From: Malacoraja senta
Lineage: Eukaryota
Length of the DNA stretch: 64,000 nucleotides
Direction of reading: 5' to 3'
Assembly (NCBI GenBank): GCA_038087875.1
Contig: CM075989.1
Coordinates: 20,772,001 to 20,836,000, forward strand
This document shows positions 49,401 through 62,835 of the stretch, piece after piece. Within the stretch, counting starts at the first letter, position 1. Each line of letters opens with the position of its first letter. Below the pieces are notes generated by a model. It saw only the letters and a list, made by a program, of their open reading frames with translations, made no database searches and had not been told where the DNA came from. A program made the position numbers and the translations under genes.

Positions 49401-51248
49401 AAATAAACTACCAATAGTACCTATTGTATCTACCTCCACCACCACACCCCAATGGTCAATGGTCATTGATGCTTTTACTGTCAAATGTGCTAAGGGAGAA
49501 TGCAAAGTGAAAATGTCCAAACATTCCAGTGGAGTATTGCCACGGCCAAGCACATCCCCTATTAGCAAATTGCACAAAAATAGTCCACTGATCCTGCATG
49601 CAAGGGGCGCCATGTTTTGGTGCCATTTTCAGAGTCCAGTCCACGCTCTAGGTATTATAAGCAGTGCCAGTTCCAGGCGAGCCCCAGGCTGCCGTGAGGC
49701 CTCCAGCCGTAGCCATCCCTTAGACGTGCGGGTCGACCTACGATCCCACATCCCTCTCCTCGCCCGTCCACCTTTGTACCTCGGAGGCACCTCCCGTAGC
49801 CGAGCTCAAGGGCATGATAGGTCGAAGCACAGTTCCCTCTCCTCTCCCACCGGTACGAGGGTAACTACCCATCACTTACAGACTTAACCGTACCCAAGTT
49901 AAGGGGCGTTTGAGGAACCAATGTGGTCCACATATTTGAATGCACAGCCCCCTCTCTTCACACGATATTGGTATGGAGCGCTACTTACATAGCAATTGCC
50001 CTGGGATAATGTCTATCTGCTCCTTACCTTTCTCCCTCTATCTCACCAGCCATGGGACCCACCCAACATTACGCAACAAACCAGCTAGTCAGAACATATG
50101 GGTGCCATGTTATTGTGCTGTACAGCCTTCGCTCTGGTCAAGTGTGCAATGGCCTGCAATTAAATAAGTAAGTAAGTAAGTAAGTAAGTTTATTGGCCAA
50201 GTATTCACATACAAGGAATTTGCCTTGGTGCTCCGCCCACAAGTAACAACATGACATACAGTGACAGTTACGAATGAATAGACAATCAACCTTCCTTCTG
50301 GACAATAAATTGAACTGAGGATGTAAAAGTTGTCCCAAGGCAGATGTTTCATCTCGGTTAAGGGTGCATTAATAACCTTAAAATAATGATTGTGAGAACT
50401 ATTAGTTCCCTTCCCCCGAGCTAAACGGTCACAACCACAGATAGTCTATGGGCAAACAGAACCTGTACACTGGAAATAATTCAAGCGATTGCCCAAACTA
50501 AATATTTAAGAAGGAGCTGCAGATGCTGGAAAGTCAGAGGTAGACAAAAATGCTGGAGAAACTCAGCGGGTGAGGCAGCATCTATGGAGCGAAGGAAATA
50601 GGCAACGTTTCTGGTCGAGACCCTTCTTCAGACTGATGTGAGGGTTGGGGGGGGGGGGGTGGGGGAAGAAGAAAGGAAGAGGCGGAGACAGTGGGCTGAA
50701 TAATCATATAGTTTCCATTGGAGACCCTTAACGTCACCCACTCCTTCTCTCCAGAGATGCTGCCTCACCCGCTGAGTTAAAATCCAGTATTTTGTGTCTA
50801 CCCGAGATTTGTGTTCCCACAATTCGAAACAAAGACTCAGATTGTCGAAATGACATGAACCATAAGGAGAGCATTTAGACTTTTGTGCACAGTTTCGGAA
50901 AGTAACATATTTCACCCAAGATGCTGTTGATAGAGGGGGGTCAAAAAATAACTGGTTGATTCAAAAAACTAATGGAATTGGACATTGTCTTTCTTAATTG
51001 GCCTCAATAACAGCTTGACATTTGGAAATTACTTGAACAGCTTGAATGGCTAATTGTTACAGCCTTATTAAACTGCTTCTGTGGCCTAATTAATAAAAAA
51101 TCACAGGCTACCATCAACAAAGACTTTTAAGAAGTTTCTTAATAATCATTTATGTTTCAAAGGTTTGGCTAATTGGAGTTTCATCTTTTGAAGAGAAAGC
51201 TGTGACTTTCTGCAACAACCCTGTGGTAGAAATAATCGTTTTTGCCTA

Positions 51249-51561
51249 GGGGTGGCATGGTGGCGCAGCGGTAGAGATGCTGCCTCGCAGCGCCAGAGAC
51301 CCAGGTTCGATCCTGACCACGGGTGCTGTCTGTACGGAGTTTGTACCTTCTCCCCGTGACCTGCGTGGGTTTTCCCCTGGTGCTCCATTTTCCTTTCTCA
51401 CTCCAAAGACGTACAGGTTTGTAGGTTAATTGGCTTCGGTAAAGATTGTAAATTGTCCCTGGTGTGTGTAGGATAGTGTTAGTGTGTGGGGATCGCTGGT
51501 CGACGTGGACTCGGTGGGTCGAAGGGCCTATTTCCGCGCTGTATCTCTAAACTAAACTAAA
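51249..51561 (+). mobile_element. V-SINE
   Basis: Full head, core and tail structure. Confidence 0.88.
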
Positions 51562-51951
51562 TTTATGTGACTATTTACCATTTTAGGCCTGATTCTTAGA
51601 AACATGATCTATTAAAGAGGAAACTGGGTTACATTGAAATTCACTGGTTCCTTACTTGTCACAGCCCCACAGAATATGCTACAATGCTCTTGGATATCAG
51701 TCTAAAGATCCCAAGTATGTACCTGCTCATAGAACATTTAAGCACAGGAACAGGCCCTTCGGCCCACAATGTCCATGCCAAACATGATGCCTAGATAAAC
51801 TAATATCTTCTGCCAACACAATATCTATATTCCTCCAACCCTAGTGTCCATCTAAAAGCCTCTTAATTGCCACTATTGTATCTGCCCCCAACACCAACCC
51901 TGACAGCATGTTCCAGGCACTCACCTCTCTTTAAAATAAACACCTTAAAGC

Positions 51952-52262
51952 GGGGTGGCACGGTGGCGCAGCGGTAGCGTTGCTGCCTTACAGCGCTTTC
52001 AGCACCAGAGACCCGGGTTCGATCCCGACTACAGGTGCTGTCTGTATGGAGTTTGCATGTTCTCCCCGTGTCCACATGGGTTTTCTCCGAGATCTTCGGT
52101 TTCCTCCCACACTCCAAAAACATGCAAGTTTGAAGGGTAAAAAAATGTAAATTGTTCCTAGTGTGTGTAGAATAGTGTTAATGTGCTGGGAACGCAGGTC
52201 AGTGTGGATTCGGTGGGTCAAAGGGTCTATGCCCATGCTGTGTCTCTAAATTAAACTAAACT
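51952..52262 (+). mobile_element. V-SINE
   Basis: Full head, core and tail structure. Confidence 0.88.
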
Positions 52263-52399
52263 ATGCCCTCAAGTTTACCCCCCTGGGAGAAAAGTTCTGA
52301 CTGTCCACCATATTTATGCCTCTCATAATTTTATCTACTTCTATTGGGTCTCCCCTCAAAGGTTTGGAGGGATATGGGCCAAAGGCAGGAAGGTGGGAC

Positions 52400-52890
52400 G
52401 AGTGTAGATTGGGCATGTTGGTCGGCATGGTGGTACCAGTGTGGATGGGCATGTTGGTTGGCATGGTGGTACCAGTGTGGATGGGCATGTTGGTTGGCAT
52501 GGTGTGGAAGGTGTAGATGGGGCATGTTGGTCGGCATGGTGGTACTAAGTGTAGATGGGGCATGTTGGTTGCATGGTGGGACGTGTAGATGGGGCATGTT
52601 GGTTGGTGTGGTCGTACTAGTGTAGATGGGGCATGTTGGTTGCATGGTGGGACGTGTAGATGGGGCATGTTGGTTGCATGGTGGTACCAGTGTAGATGGG
52701 GCATGTTGGTTGCATGGTGGGACGTGTAGATGGGGCATGTTGGTCGGCGTGGTGGTACTAAGTGTAGATGGGGCATGTTGGTTGCATGGTGGGACGTGTA
52801 GATGGGGCATGTTGGTTGGTGTGGTCGTACTAGTGTAGGTGGGGCATGTTGGTTGTTGTGGTGGGACAAGTGTAGATGGGGCATGTTGGT
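52400..52890 (+). repeat. Minisatellite (about 33-38-bp unit, roughly 14 copies) amplified from a CR1 3' UTR
   Basis: Unit gtgtagatggggcatgttggttgcatggtgggac and variants, following the CR1 sequence ggagggatatgggccaaaggcagg. Confidence 0.9.
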
Positions 52891-53496
52891 CATCATGATC
52901 AGGAGTTATGGGAGAAAGCAGGAGAATGGGGTTTAGAATGAAAGATAGATCAGCCATGATTGAATGGTGGAGTAGACTTGATGGACCAAATAGCCTAATT
53001 TTGCTCCTATGAACATACGAACTCAGGTTCCATCCTGACCTGGGATGCTGTTGAGTGGAGTTTGCACTTTCTCCCTGTCACCATGAGGGTTTTCTCCGTG
53101 TGCTCCGGTTTTTATCCCACATCCCAAAGACACGGAGGATTGTAGATTAATTGGCCTCTCTAAAATTGTCCCTAATGTGCAAGGAGAGGATGAGAAAGTG
53201 AGATAACATGGAGTTAATATGAACAGGCGATGAACAGTTAGCGAGGACTCGGTGGGCTGTAGGGTCTGTTTCCATGCAGTGTCTCTAAACTATACTAAAT
53301 CGGTCTGAAGAAGGGTCCCAACCTGAAAAGTCACCTATCCGTGTTCTCCAGAGATATTCCCTGATCTGCTGAGTTACTCCAGCACTTTGTGTCTTTTTTT
53401 GTAAACAAGTATCTGCAGTTCCTTACATCTAACCCTATTCAAGGGCAGACAGACCTACCATGCATTTTTGGTGTGTTCTTGCTGTATTTTAGGCCA

Positions 53497-53813
53497 TTTA
53501 GACTTTACTTTAGATTTCGAAAAACAAAGTGCAGAAACAGGCCCTTCAGCCCATCGAGTCCCTGCCGACCAGCAATCTCTATGCACTCGCACTATCCTAC
53601 GCACTAGGGGCAATTTATAACTTTACCAAAGCCAATTAACCTACAAACCTGCACGTCTTTGGAATTTGGAAGATACCAAAACAACTGTAGAAAACCTATA
53701 CAGTCACGGGGAGAACGTACAAACTCTGTACAGACAGCACCCATAGTCAGGATCGAACCCGGGTCTCTGGCGCTGTGAGGCAGCAACGTTACTGCTGCAC
53801 CACTGTGCTGCCC
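53497..53813 (-). mobile_element. V-SINE
   Basis: Full structure; an older 5'-truncated plus-strand copy lies at about 53025-53298. Confidence 0.85.
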
Positions 53814-54888
53814 TTCGCTTGCATTGTTTAAACATAATGATTTTACACCATTGTAGTCAGTTGTGATTGTTCTGTAGCCCGGACCTTGACAAAAGGAAAT
53901 GGGGCATCTTGGGTCGGCATGGTCGAGTCGGGTCGAAGGGCCTGCTTTTATGCTCAGCGACGCTACGACTCTAAGAAGATGGGAGAGCGAGCCGACATTT
54001 AGATTCTGCCTTTGTCTCTCTTTGAACAAAGGCAGCACCATATTCACGATTCAGGACTAGCTTCTGTGGAGCAGCAAACTAGATTTGTGGCAGGCGGCCA
54101 GAATCACTTAGATCATTTCACCAGGGGCATAGAGGGAGCAGTTGGAGACCCGGGGCGCCCTGGGAGAGCAGCTCTTTCTGCTCCAGCGCATTACACAGTG
54201 TGACATTTCTCTCGCAGTTGTCCCCTGTACATCATGGTTGGCGACATAAAAAAACACTCATTGTCTGTAGATATAAAATCAGTTTAGCTACCGCTGGGGT
54301 CAAACTGCTGTCAATGAATACCGTCGTAATTCTGCTCTTATGAAAAGCATTTAAGCTCCTTGGAGATGAGCGAGTGTGGGCTTTATGTAGGATCAACTCC
54401 TGGTCAAGATACTCTCTTGTAAGAAATCATTCTGGTGAAAATGTTCATCTACGCGGTCACGTGTCTCCAAACAGATGGTATTTTTTGAAGAAAATGTTTC
54501 TGATACCAATTAACCCTTGCTTTCACCATAAATATGCAAGAGCTATTAACCCTTTGCCCTATTATGCAATTGCTGGTACACTCTATAATATATATTTTTT
54601 ACACTCTCTCTCTCTCTCTCTCTCAGAAGAAGAAGAAACGGAAGCTGCCCCCGAAGAGGGCAAGCAGGGAACAAACGTGGACTGACATCAGGAAGGGAGT
54701 TGTGCAGATTTAAAATGTGTTCCCATCTTCATGGATTTTCGCCACAATAGTAAATTCCGTTCTGAGTTATTCCTTTACTGTCTCTGCTATTATTTCTGCC
54801 CGGAGACAAACAGGCTTGTTGTCAAATCACACATAAAGCACAGTAATGATATTCAGCGGAAGCAGTAGCTGTGACGTGATCTAATGGG

Positions 54889-55063
54889 AGACAGACACAA
54901 AAAGCTGGAGTAACTCAGCGGGACAGGCAGCATCTCTGGAGTGAAGGAATGGGTGACGTTTCAGGTCGAGACCCTCCTTCAGACGGCCACAGAGGGGGAG
55001 CAGCGAGAGAGGATGTCGCAGAACTTCTTCAAAGTAGGCGTACCTTGAGGAGATTCCTACACA
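54889..55063 (-). mobile_element. Penelope-derived short insertion
   Basis: 12-bp TSD tgatctaatggg (54877-54888 and 55064-55075); carries the pseudo-LTR motif. Confidence 0.75.
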
Positions 55064-55179
55064 TGATCTAATGGGTCTACACTTAGTTGGTTTGGGGTAC
55101 TTTGCCACTGATTTCCTGCTGCTTCAGTCAAGCCTCTAGATGTGGACCCTCTCCTGCAGATCATAAGAAAGATTGTTTT

Positions 55180-55562
55180 CATCACCCAGAGAGTTGTGAA
55201 TCTCTGGAATTCTCTGCCTCAGAAGGCAGTGGAGGCCAATTCTCTGGAAGCATTCAAGAGAGAGTTAGATAGGGTGTGGTGGAGTAGAGAGGACAGGGGG
55301 GAACTCAGTGAAGATAGACACAAAATGCTGGAGTAACTCAGCGGAATTCTGTGGAATTCTCTGCCTCAGAGGGCGGTGGAGGCCGGTTCTCAGGATGCTT
55401 TCAAGAGAGAGCTAGATAGGGCTCTTAAAAATAGCGGAGTCAGGGGATATGGGGAGAAGGCAGGAACTTGGTACTGATTGTGGATGATCAGCCATGATCA
55501 CAGTGAATGGCAGTGCTGGCTCAAAGGGCCGAATGGCCTACTCCTGCACCTATTGTCTATTG
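55180..55562 (+). mobile_element. CR1 3' fragments with an intervening Penelope piece
   Basis: TQRVVNLWNSLPQKAVEANSLEAFKRELD, then a second copy with the 3' UTR. Confidence 0.75.
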
Positions 55563-56841
55563 TGACATTATACTACTTTTCCACCTTCAGATCAGGATGC
55601 AGCACAACATGGTTTGGGAACAGAAATGTCACGTATTCCTTTTCTCGAGACGCCGCCTGACCCACTGCATTACTCCAGCATTTTGTGTCTATCTTCGGTA
55701 TAAACCAGCTTCTGCAGTTCCTTCCTATACAAAAAAAATGATAGTTTATTCATGATCTTAACCTGGCCAGAGGAAGTTGTAGATACAATTATGAGTTTTA
55801 AGACATTTGGACAGAGAAATGAACAAGAAGGGTTTACAGAAGTCTGGATGAATCACAGGCAAGTGGGAATAGCCCAAATCACCAATTTAGTCAGCATGGA
55901 AAATGCGGGCCGAAGGGCCTCTTTCTGTGCTATATTGGTCTATTGGTCTATGACTAAGAAAGAGCTTCAAAGTCTCTCTGCAATTCACTACAGATGCAAA
56001 CCGTGCTATAAGAGGTCGGTTGGAACATTGTGCTTCTTGTAAAAAATTTACTTATTTCGAATACGACAAGGATTTGGTAAAAAACATCTTTTACAGTAAT
56101 TTTAGCCCTTTTTTCCTGAACCAGACCGATTATATTTTCATTAAATGACAAATTCATTACAACCCCCCCCCTCCTAATGGTTGCAAGCAGCATTTGCCAT
56201 CATTGCTCAGGACAATTTGACATATCAGTCCGCTAACTATTTAAAAACTCAATAAGTTAATGAGTTGCTGCACAGGACACACTCATCACCTTTAATTAAG
56301 TAAGTTTCTAACTGATGAAGAGGACTCTTTTAATTGCAACAAGCTTGCTCTTGCATGTGTTGCCGCTGTTATGTCCCACGAAATTCAATGGGGGTGGTGT
56401 TTGCAAGCCTGCCTCTTCTGCGCCTGATCAAGTGTTCCATCGGCAGAGGTCTCTCAGAGACTGCACATTGCATGTGCTGCCAACAGGTTTTGTCAGAGTC
56501 GAGATTTTATTTAAACATGAACCCTGAGGAATTCAGCGAATCTCATTAATTTAGTGAAGCGTACATATTTCGCCACTCGCACGTTCTCTCCTGTTCTGTC
56601 ACTAACAATGGCAAGCCCACGTCATCACATGCACCCTCTGATCCCAATGGTTTCCAATATATCCTTACGTATTTTGAAAAAATATTTTTTTTCTGGAACA
56701 TTTTAAAACATTATCGGAAAATTTCAGAAATGGGCAGATAGTAAGAATTTCATTGTTCCCTTTTGGGATATATCACAATAAAACACTCTTGGGTCTCTAG
56801 ACTCTTGAAGTAGCCAGAAAGCAGTAGGAGAGAAGTCTAGC

Positions 56842-57315
56842 AGCACACTGGTGCAATGGTAGAGTTGCTGCCTTACAGCGCCAGAGACCCGGGTTCCATC
56901 CTGACCACGGGTGCTGTCTGTACGGAGTCTCTACATTCTCGCTGTGATGTGGGTTTTCTCCAGGTGCTCCGGTTTCCCCCCCACATTCCAAAGACATGTA
57001 GGTTTGTAGGTTTAAGAAGGAACTGCGGATGCTGGAACAATCGAAGGTAGACAAAAATACTGGAGGAACTCAGCGGGTGAGGCAGCATCTATGGAGCAAA
57101 GGAGTTATTTCCTTCGCTCCATAGATGCTGCCTCACCCGCTGAGTTTCTCCAGTATATTTGTCTACCTTAGGTTTGGAGGTTAATCGGTGTCTGTAAATT
57201 GACCCTGGTGTGTCGGATAGAACCAGTGTACAGGGTGGTCATCGGTCGGCGCAGACTCAGTGGGCCGAAGGGCCTGTTTCCACGCTGTACCTCTAAATGA
57301 AATTAAACTAAACTA
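56842..57315 (+). mobile_element. V-SINE with a nested Penelope-derived palindrome (about 57016-57169)
   Basis: The SINE resumes after the duplicated taggtttg(t/g)aggtt. Confidence 0.82.
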
Positions 57316-57902
57316 ATATTCAAGTAACTCAGTGGGACAGGCAGCATCTCTGGATAGAAGGAATGGGTGACGTTGCGGTTTGAGACCCTTCTTCTGAAGG
57401 GTCCCGCTGAGTTACTCCAGCATTTGGTGTCTATCTTCAGTGTAAACCAGCATCTGCAGTTCCTTCCTAAACTAATATTTATATTGTGTAAAGATACGCT
57501 ACCTTAGAAGGGCTTTTGTACATTGGAGTCACTTTAATTCATTACTTCTTCCACTACTCTTGTAGTTTTTCTAATCTAATCCTGGAAAGATGAGAAATGT
57601 GGAATAATGAGGACGGAGTGAACAGATTCGCTGATAATTCTCAAATGTCAAAAATAATTGTCCTGGGAGGGATAAAAATATTTTCTACTAACATCTAATT
57701 TATTTATGGTTTGTCAGAAGTGTGAAATGGTTCCAGGTGTTTTGGGGAGGGGAGATTTGTTAGTGAACTTGTTGGGTGAGTGTAAAAATATTTGGGCAGA
57801 ATTTCTTCATTGCATGCATTTGGCAATCCAGACACCAATTAACCTCCAATTTCATCTCTCTGACAGGCTTCGTTATCACATTATAATATCAGTAAATTAA
57901 AT

Positions 57903-58120
57903 GTGTGGGGAAGGAACTGCAGATGCTGGTTTACACTGAAGATAGGCACTAAAAGCTGGAGTAACTCAGCGGGTCAGGGAGCATCTCTGGAAAGAAGGAA
58001 TAGGTGACATTTCGGGTCTGGACCCTTCTTCAGACTTCCGTGACCTGAAACATCACCTATTCCTTTTCTCCAGAGATTCTGTCTGACCCGCTGAGTTACT
58101 CCAGCTTTTTGTGTCTATCT
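57903..58120. mobile_element. Palindromic Penelope pseudo-LTR-derived unit
   Basis: Inverted arms about 85 bp long. 14-bp TSD tcagtaaattaaat (57889-57902 and 58121-58134). Related units at about 7180, 13604, 19868, 20225, 22085, 28214, 30163, 34240, 38758, 45374, 46845, 50508, 53300, 57016, 57322, 59352 and 63186. Confidence 0.8.
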
Positions 58121-58595
58121 TCAGTAAATTAAATTTTTGTCATGAATTTGGCAGCCTTTCAGAAATAATATTTTACTACCTTTTGAAGAGCACAATTTTT
58201 AATTTGGTTAATATAGTTGATTTTGACTTCAACATAAAAAAAATGAGCATGTATTAATCTTGTTCTTCACTTGTCAATAACTTTTTTTTTTTTAAAGGCA
58301 ACAAAATATGTTAATTTTGGTTTTCAATGTTCAGCACTGTTTCTCAGTAATTTAGTATTGAAATGGATTTAAAACATTCTTAGATCCAAAAGCAATATTT
58401 TGGAATCTTCATCAATGACCACTAAACAGTCACTACTGTTGGTGATTAAATTAATCTGGGGACATGATTAGTTTTATGGATGGGATGGTTGCTGGCAGAT
58501 GGAGGTTAAATTAGCACAAAATGTACATGGAAACCTGATTTTGACTTGAAACTACACAATATCTTGTGGCAGTTTCAGGTGAATACAAGTCAGAA

Positions 58596-58905
58596 TGGTG
58601 GCGCAGGGGTAGAGTTGCTGCCTTACATCGCCGGAGACCTGGGTTCGATCTTGACTACCAGTGCTGTCTGTACAGAGTTTGTACGTTCTCCCCATGACCC
58701 GCGTGGGTTTTCTCCTGGAGCTACCGATTCCTCCCACACTCCAATGACGTACAGGTTTGTAGGTTAATTGTCTTTGTGTAAGTGTAAAATTGTCCCTAGT
58801 GCATGTGTAGGATAGAGTTAATGTGTGGGGATCGCTGGTCGGTGTGGACCCGGTGGGCCGAAGGGCCTGTTTCCGCGCTGTATCTCTAAACTAAACTAAA
58901 CTAAA
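58596..58905 (+). mobile_element. V-SINE
   Basis: Head, core and tail homology. Confidence 0.88.
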
Positions 58906-58911
58906 CCAAAC

Positions 58912-59270
58912 TATTTCCCCAGGTTGAAAATATCAAATACAAGAGGGCAGAGCTTTAAGGCAAGGAGATAAAGGAAATGTGCAGGGTGTTGGGAGCAAAA
59001 TGTGGCCTTTCCATTTGCTCCTACACAGGGCAAGCCTTTTATACAGAGAGTGGTTGGGGCCTGGAACACACTGCCAGGGGTGGTGGTGGAGGGAGATACG
59101 ATCGTGGTATTTAAGAGGCTTTTAGACGGGCAGGTGCACATGCAGGGAATGGAGGTACCGTATATGGATCATGTGCAGGCAGTGGAGACTAGTTTAACTT
59201 GGCATCATTTTCAGCATGGACATTGTGGGCTGAAGGGCCTTTTCTTGTGCCTTATTCTTCTATGTTCTAT
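58912..59270 (+). mobile_element. Old CR1 3' fragment
   Basis: FIQRVVGAWNTLPGVVVEGDTIVVFKRLLD. Confidence 0.75.
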
Positions 59271-59972
59271 GATCTATGTACCTGATGGAATCTCCAGAGA
59301 GCAGAAATTGATCCTCTGTCCTTCATGCTAAAGGTATCATGCTGAAAGAATGTGTAGGAAGGAACTGCAGATGCTGGTTTACACCGAAGATTGGCACAAC
59401 ATGCTGGAGTAACTCAGCGGGTCAGGCAGCATCTCTGGAGAGAAGGAATAGGTGACATTTCAGGTCTAGAACAATGGGTCTGAAGAAGGGTCTCGAGCCG
59501 AAACTTCACCTATTTCTTTTCTCCAGAGATACTGCCTGACCCGCTGAGTTACTCCAGCATTTTGTATCTATCTTCAGATACTTCTACAGGTTGAACTCTA
59601 CTTTTGACTACAATGGACCAACATTTAGAGACAGGTTTAACATCACTCTATTGTCAAAATTCAAAAAAAGGACACATTTTCACCCAGTATCGCATTTCTT
59701 AGTGCTATTCAGCAGGGAGAAGTTTGTGTTGTATATATTTATTTAGTGTTTACATGACCACTTCATTCAGTTTTATGAGTTTCAAAAAAGCCTTAAAATG
59801 TAAAATAATTAAGGATTATAATGTAAAATGATTAAAATGTAAAATAAGTAAGGATTACAATTTAGAGTAATTTTTTTTTTTTTCAGCCTATTCCTTTTTC
59901 GATCATTGATTATGTGAACGTTGTGTGAAATGGATACAGTGTTGGTTCATATTCACACAGATTGTAAAGTTT

Positions 59973-60510
59973 CCTTAATTATGGCCTGATAATGGCGAAA
60001 AAACGTATACTTAAATTTTGGAAAAATACATCTGCCCCTACTCTTAAAATGTGGATTACAAACATGTCTGAGACGCTACATCTTGAAAATATGAGACTTG
60101 CATTGCAGGAAAATCAGAGCAATTTTCAAAGACATGGATTCATTACAAGGATAGTATGGTGCAACACAACATCGGAATTAAACCGATTTACGGACTTCGT
60201 GATGGGTGGGGAGAGAAATTAAGCAGGTATATCAACACTTTTTTTTTTTCCCCCCCCGATTTTGTCTTTTTATTTCTTTACGTTTTTCCTATTTCTTTTT
60301 ATACTCACTCTTCGACTACACTCATTTGGTAGTTTAGGGGTTCTATTCTTACACATTCACGCTCTCTTTCATTTTCTTTCTTTCTTGCTCTTTTTCTATT
60401 TCATCTTTTCTAAAATTAAAATTGAAGCTGTACAGTAAATGTATTATGTCATATGCCGCGGTTTATACTTTTGTACACTTTCTAATAAAAATATAAATTA
60501 AAAAAAAAAA
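59973..60510 (+). mobile_element. L1 3' fragment
   Basis: MAKKRILKFWKNTSAPTLKMWITNMSETLHLE parallels the L1 C-terminus at 5730-5850. T-rich UTR, AATAAA near 60484 and poly-A. Confidence 0.85.
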
Positions 60511-61614
60511 ATTTAAAAAAATTGGTAAGTTTTGTTCTTTTTAATATATGACCGAAATAAACAATTCATTCATTCATATCCAATTTAACAGAGCACCTCA
60601 ACTATTTGTATCCAGAGTAACAACTGGATAAACGGAAACAAGATTTAAGGAGGAGAGGGAAATGCCAAACAACTTCAGGCAGGAGAAAACGCACAGTATG
60701 GTCATTAAACATGACGTGAATGATCATTCAATCATGACATTATAATTAGGCAGCATTATATCATAGGATTTTTCTTATCATTATTAGAAGGTGTAAATTG
60801 TAAAAGAAAATCTTAAATAAACATTCACGATAAGTATTGTGCTGTTGTTGCAGTAGGATCACTAAAATGTGGCCATGCTTATTGAGCAGCCCTGACTAAT
60901 GAAAGGATGGAGCATGCCAGCTGATTCTCCACCATTGCATTAATAAGGCCAGTTTCTGTACATTTATCATCCATTAAAGATACACTAGTTAGCACCGTAA
61001 CACCACCTACAACTAGACATTTGGGACATCTTGTCATATATTCTCCACATGGCTCGGCTTGTAGTTAGACTTGCCTTACAGCATGGAGTGACACCTTGTA
61101 TGAAACAGCACTAATTGTAAGATCTCAAGGGTAGTCTTTGCTGCCTTGCCACTAACGCTGCAGCTTGTGACTTGGGAAAATAATTTTGCCATGCCTGTGA
61201 ATTCAGAAATTAAACAGTTCACATAAATGTCTAAATATCACAACCAGGCAGTTCATAATCTGTAAGGAAAATTAATGGAACTGTTTATTTTTGTATTGGT
61301 AATTCAAATGTTTTTTTTTATGGCTGTGGATCTCAATGCCACGGTTTCCATAAACCGACTTATATAATAATAATACGGTGCCCATTATCGGAACTGGAGG
61401 GGACCTTATAATTCTGAATTATTCTACTTGCTGCTGTGGCCTCTCGTGATCCTATTCTTTCAATTAAGTTTACTTTCTGAGAATGATAATGAAAGTTTCT
61501 TATCATTCTCAGGAGACAAAATAATTTGTTGAAGCCATGACGTTTCAGAGAGGAATGAAGCTGATAATGGGAGTCCCTCCGGCCGAGGTCCAATACTGGG
61601 ATGTGTCAAAGGGT

Positions 61615-61910
61615 CATAGAGTCTCAGGGTGTGGAAACAGGCCCATCGGCCCAACTTACCCACACCGACCAACATGTCCCATCCACACCAGCCCCACCTG
61701 CCTGCGTTTGGTCCATATCCCTCTAAACCTATCCTAACCATGTACCTGTCTAAATGCTTCTTAAATGTCGTGATAGTACCTGCCTCAACTACTTCCTCCG
61801 GCAGCACGTTCCATATACCCATCACCCGTTGTGTAAAAAAATTTGGCCCTCAGGTTCCTATTAAATCTTTCCCCCGTCACCTTAAACCTATGTCCTCCGG
61901 TTCTCGATTC
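61615..61910 (-). mobile_element. CR1 3' fragment
   Basis: GIWNVLPEEVVEAGTITTFKKHLDRYM. Confidence 0.8.
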
Positions 61911-62835
61911 CGAGGTACAATGAAAAGCTTTTTTAGCTGCCTGCTATCCAGTCAATGAGAAGACTATACATGATTGAAATCAATTGGTCTATAGTACACA
62001 GATACAGGATAAAGGGAATAACATTTAGTGCAAGATAAAGTCTAGTAAAGTCTGATTAATGATAGTCCGAGGGTCTCCAATGAGGTAGATGGTAGGTCAG
62101 GTCCAATCTATAGTTGGTGATAGGATGGTTCAGTTGCCTGATAACAGCTGGGAAGAAACTGTCCCTTAACATGGAGGTATGCATATACTATACCTCCATG
62201 CATATTCCTAATGAGTATTGTATACAGTCTTCTATAATAGGGGTCTACTAGTCTCTGAAATAATTGACATAGAGACTGGCCACCATGATCCACTGGGTTT
62301 ATCTAAGTATGTCACCATAATAGATACAAAGGTATGAGTATGAAAACCATGTAGAATGGTGACAGGTATATTTTACTGAAAGGAGAAGCTTCAATGTTGT
62401 ACATTCATTATTTCATTTCCAGTGAAATGCTTGTTGTTTGACCGCTCAATGTTCTAACTCTCCTGCCTGCTGAACTAAGGAAGATGTTACAAGCTGAAAC
62501 TAAAATAGCCAACATGCTATCTTTTCATTGACAATTAAGTTGTTACTGTAAGTCATCCAAACTTGTTCTGCCGCTCAGCAAGATCAAGTCTTCTTGTGAT
62601 TCATATCCCACTTCCTTTATTTACTTTGCATGAAAAATACTTTTAGTTTCTTGCTTGAATGCCCTAACTCAAAATACATGTTCTTATGTATTCTCACACC
62701 ATAGGAAATTGGTTCTCATCTTCACTATCTCAGCCCCAAAACATTTTGAACACAGTGATCATATTATCTTTCATTCTTTCATGGTCGAGGGAATTAAATC
62801 GAGTTTTTACAGCCCCCCTCCCTTTTGCAATTTAA

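Noticed and set aside
52261..52957. ORFs over 200 aa resembling mucin or extensin
   Set aside because: They are translations of the minisatellite, open in several frames.
60700..60740. UUCACGU on the minus strand
   Set aside because: The flanks cannot form P3, P1 or P2; chance 7-mer.
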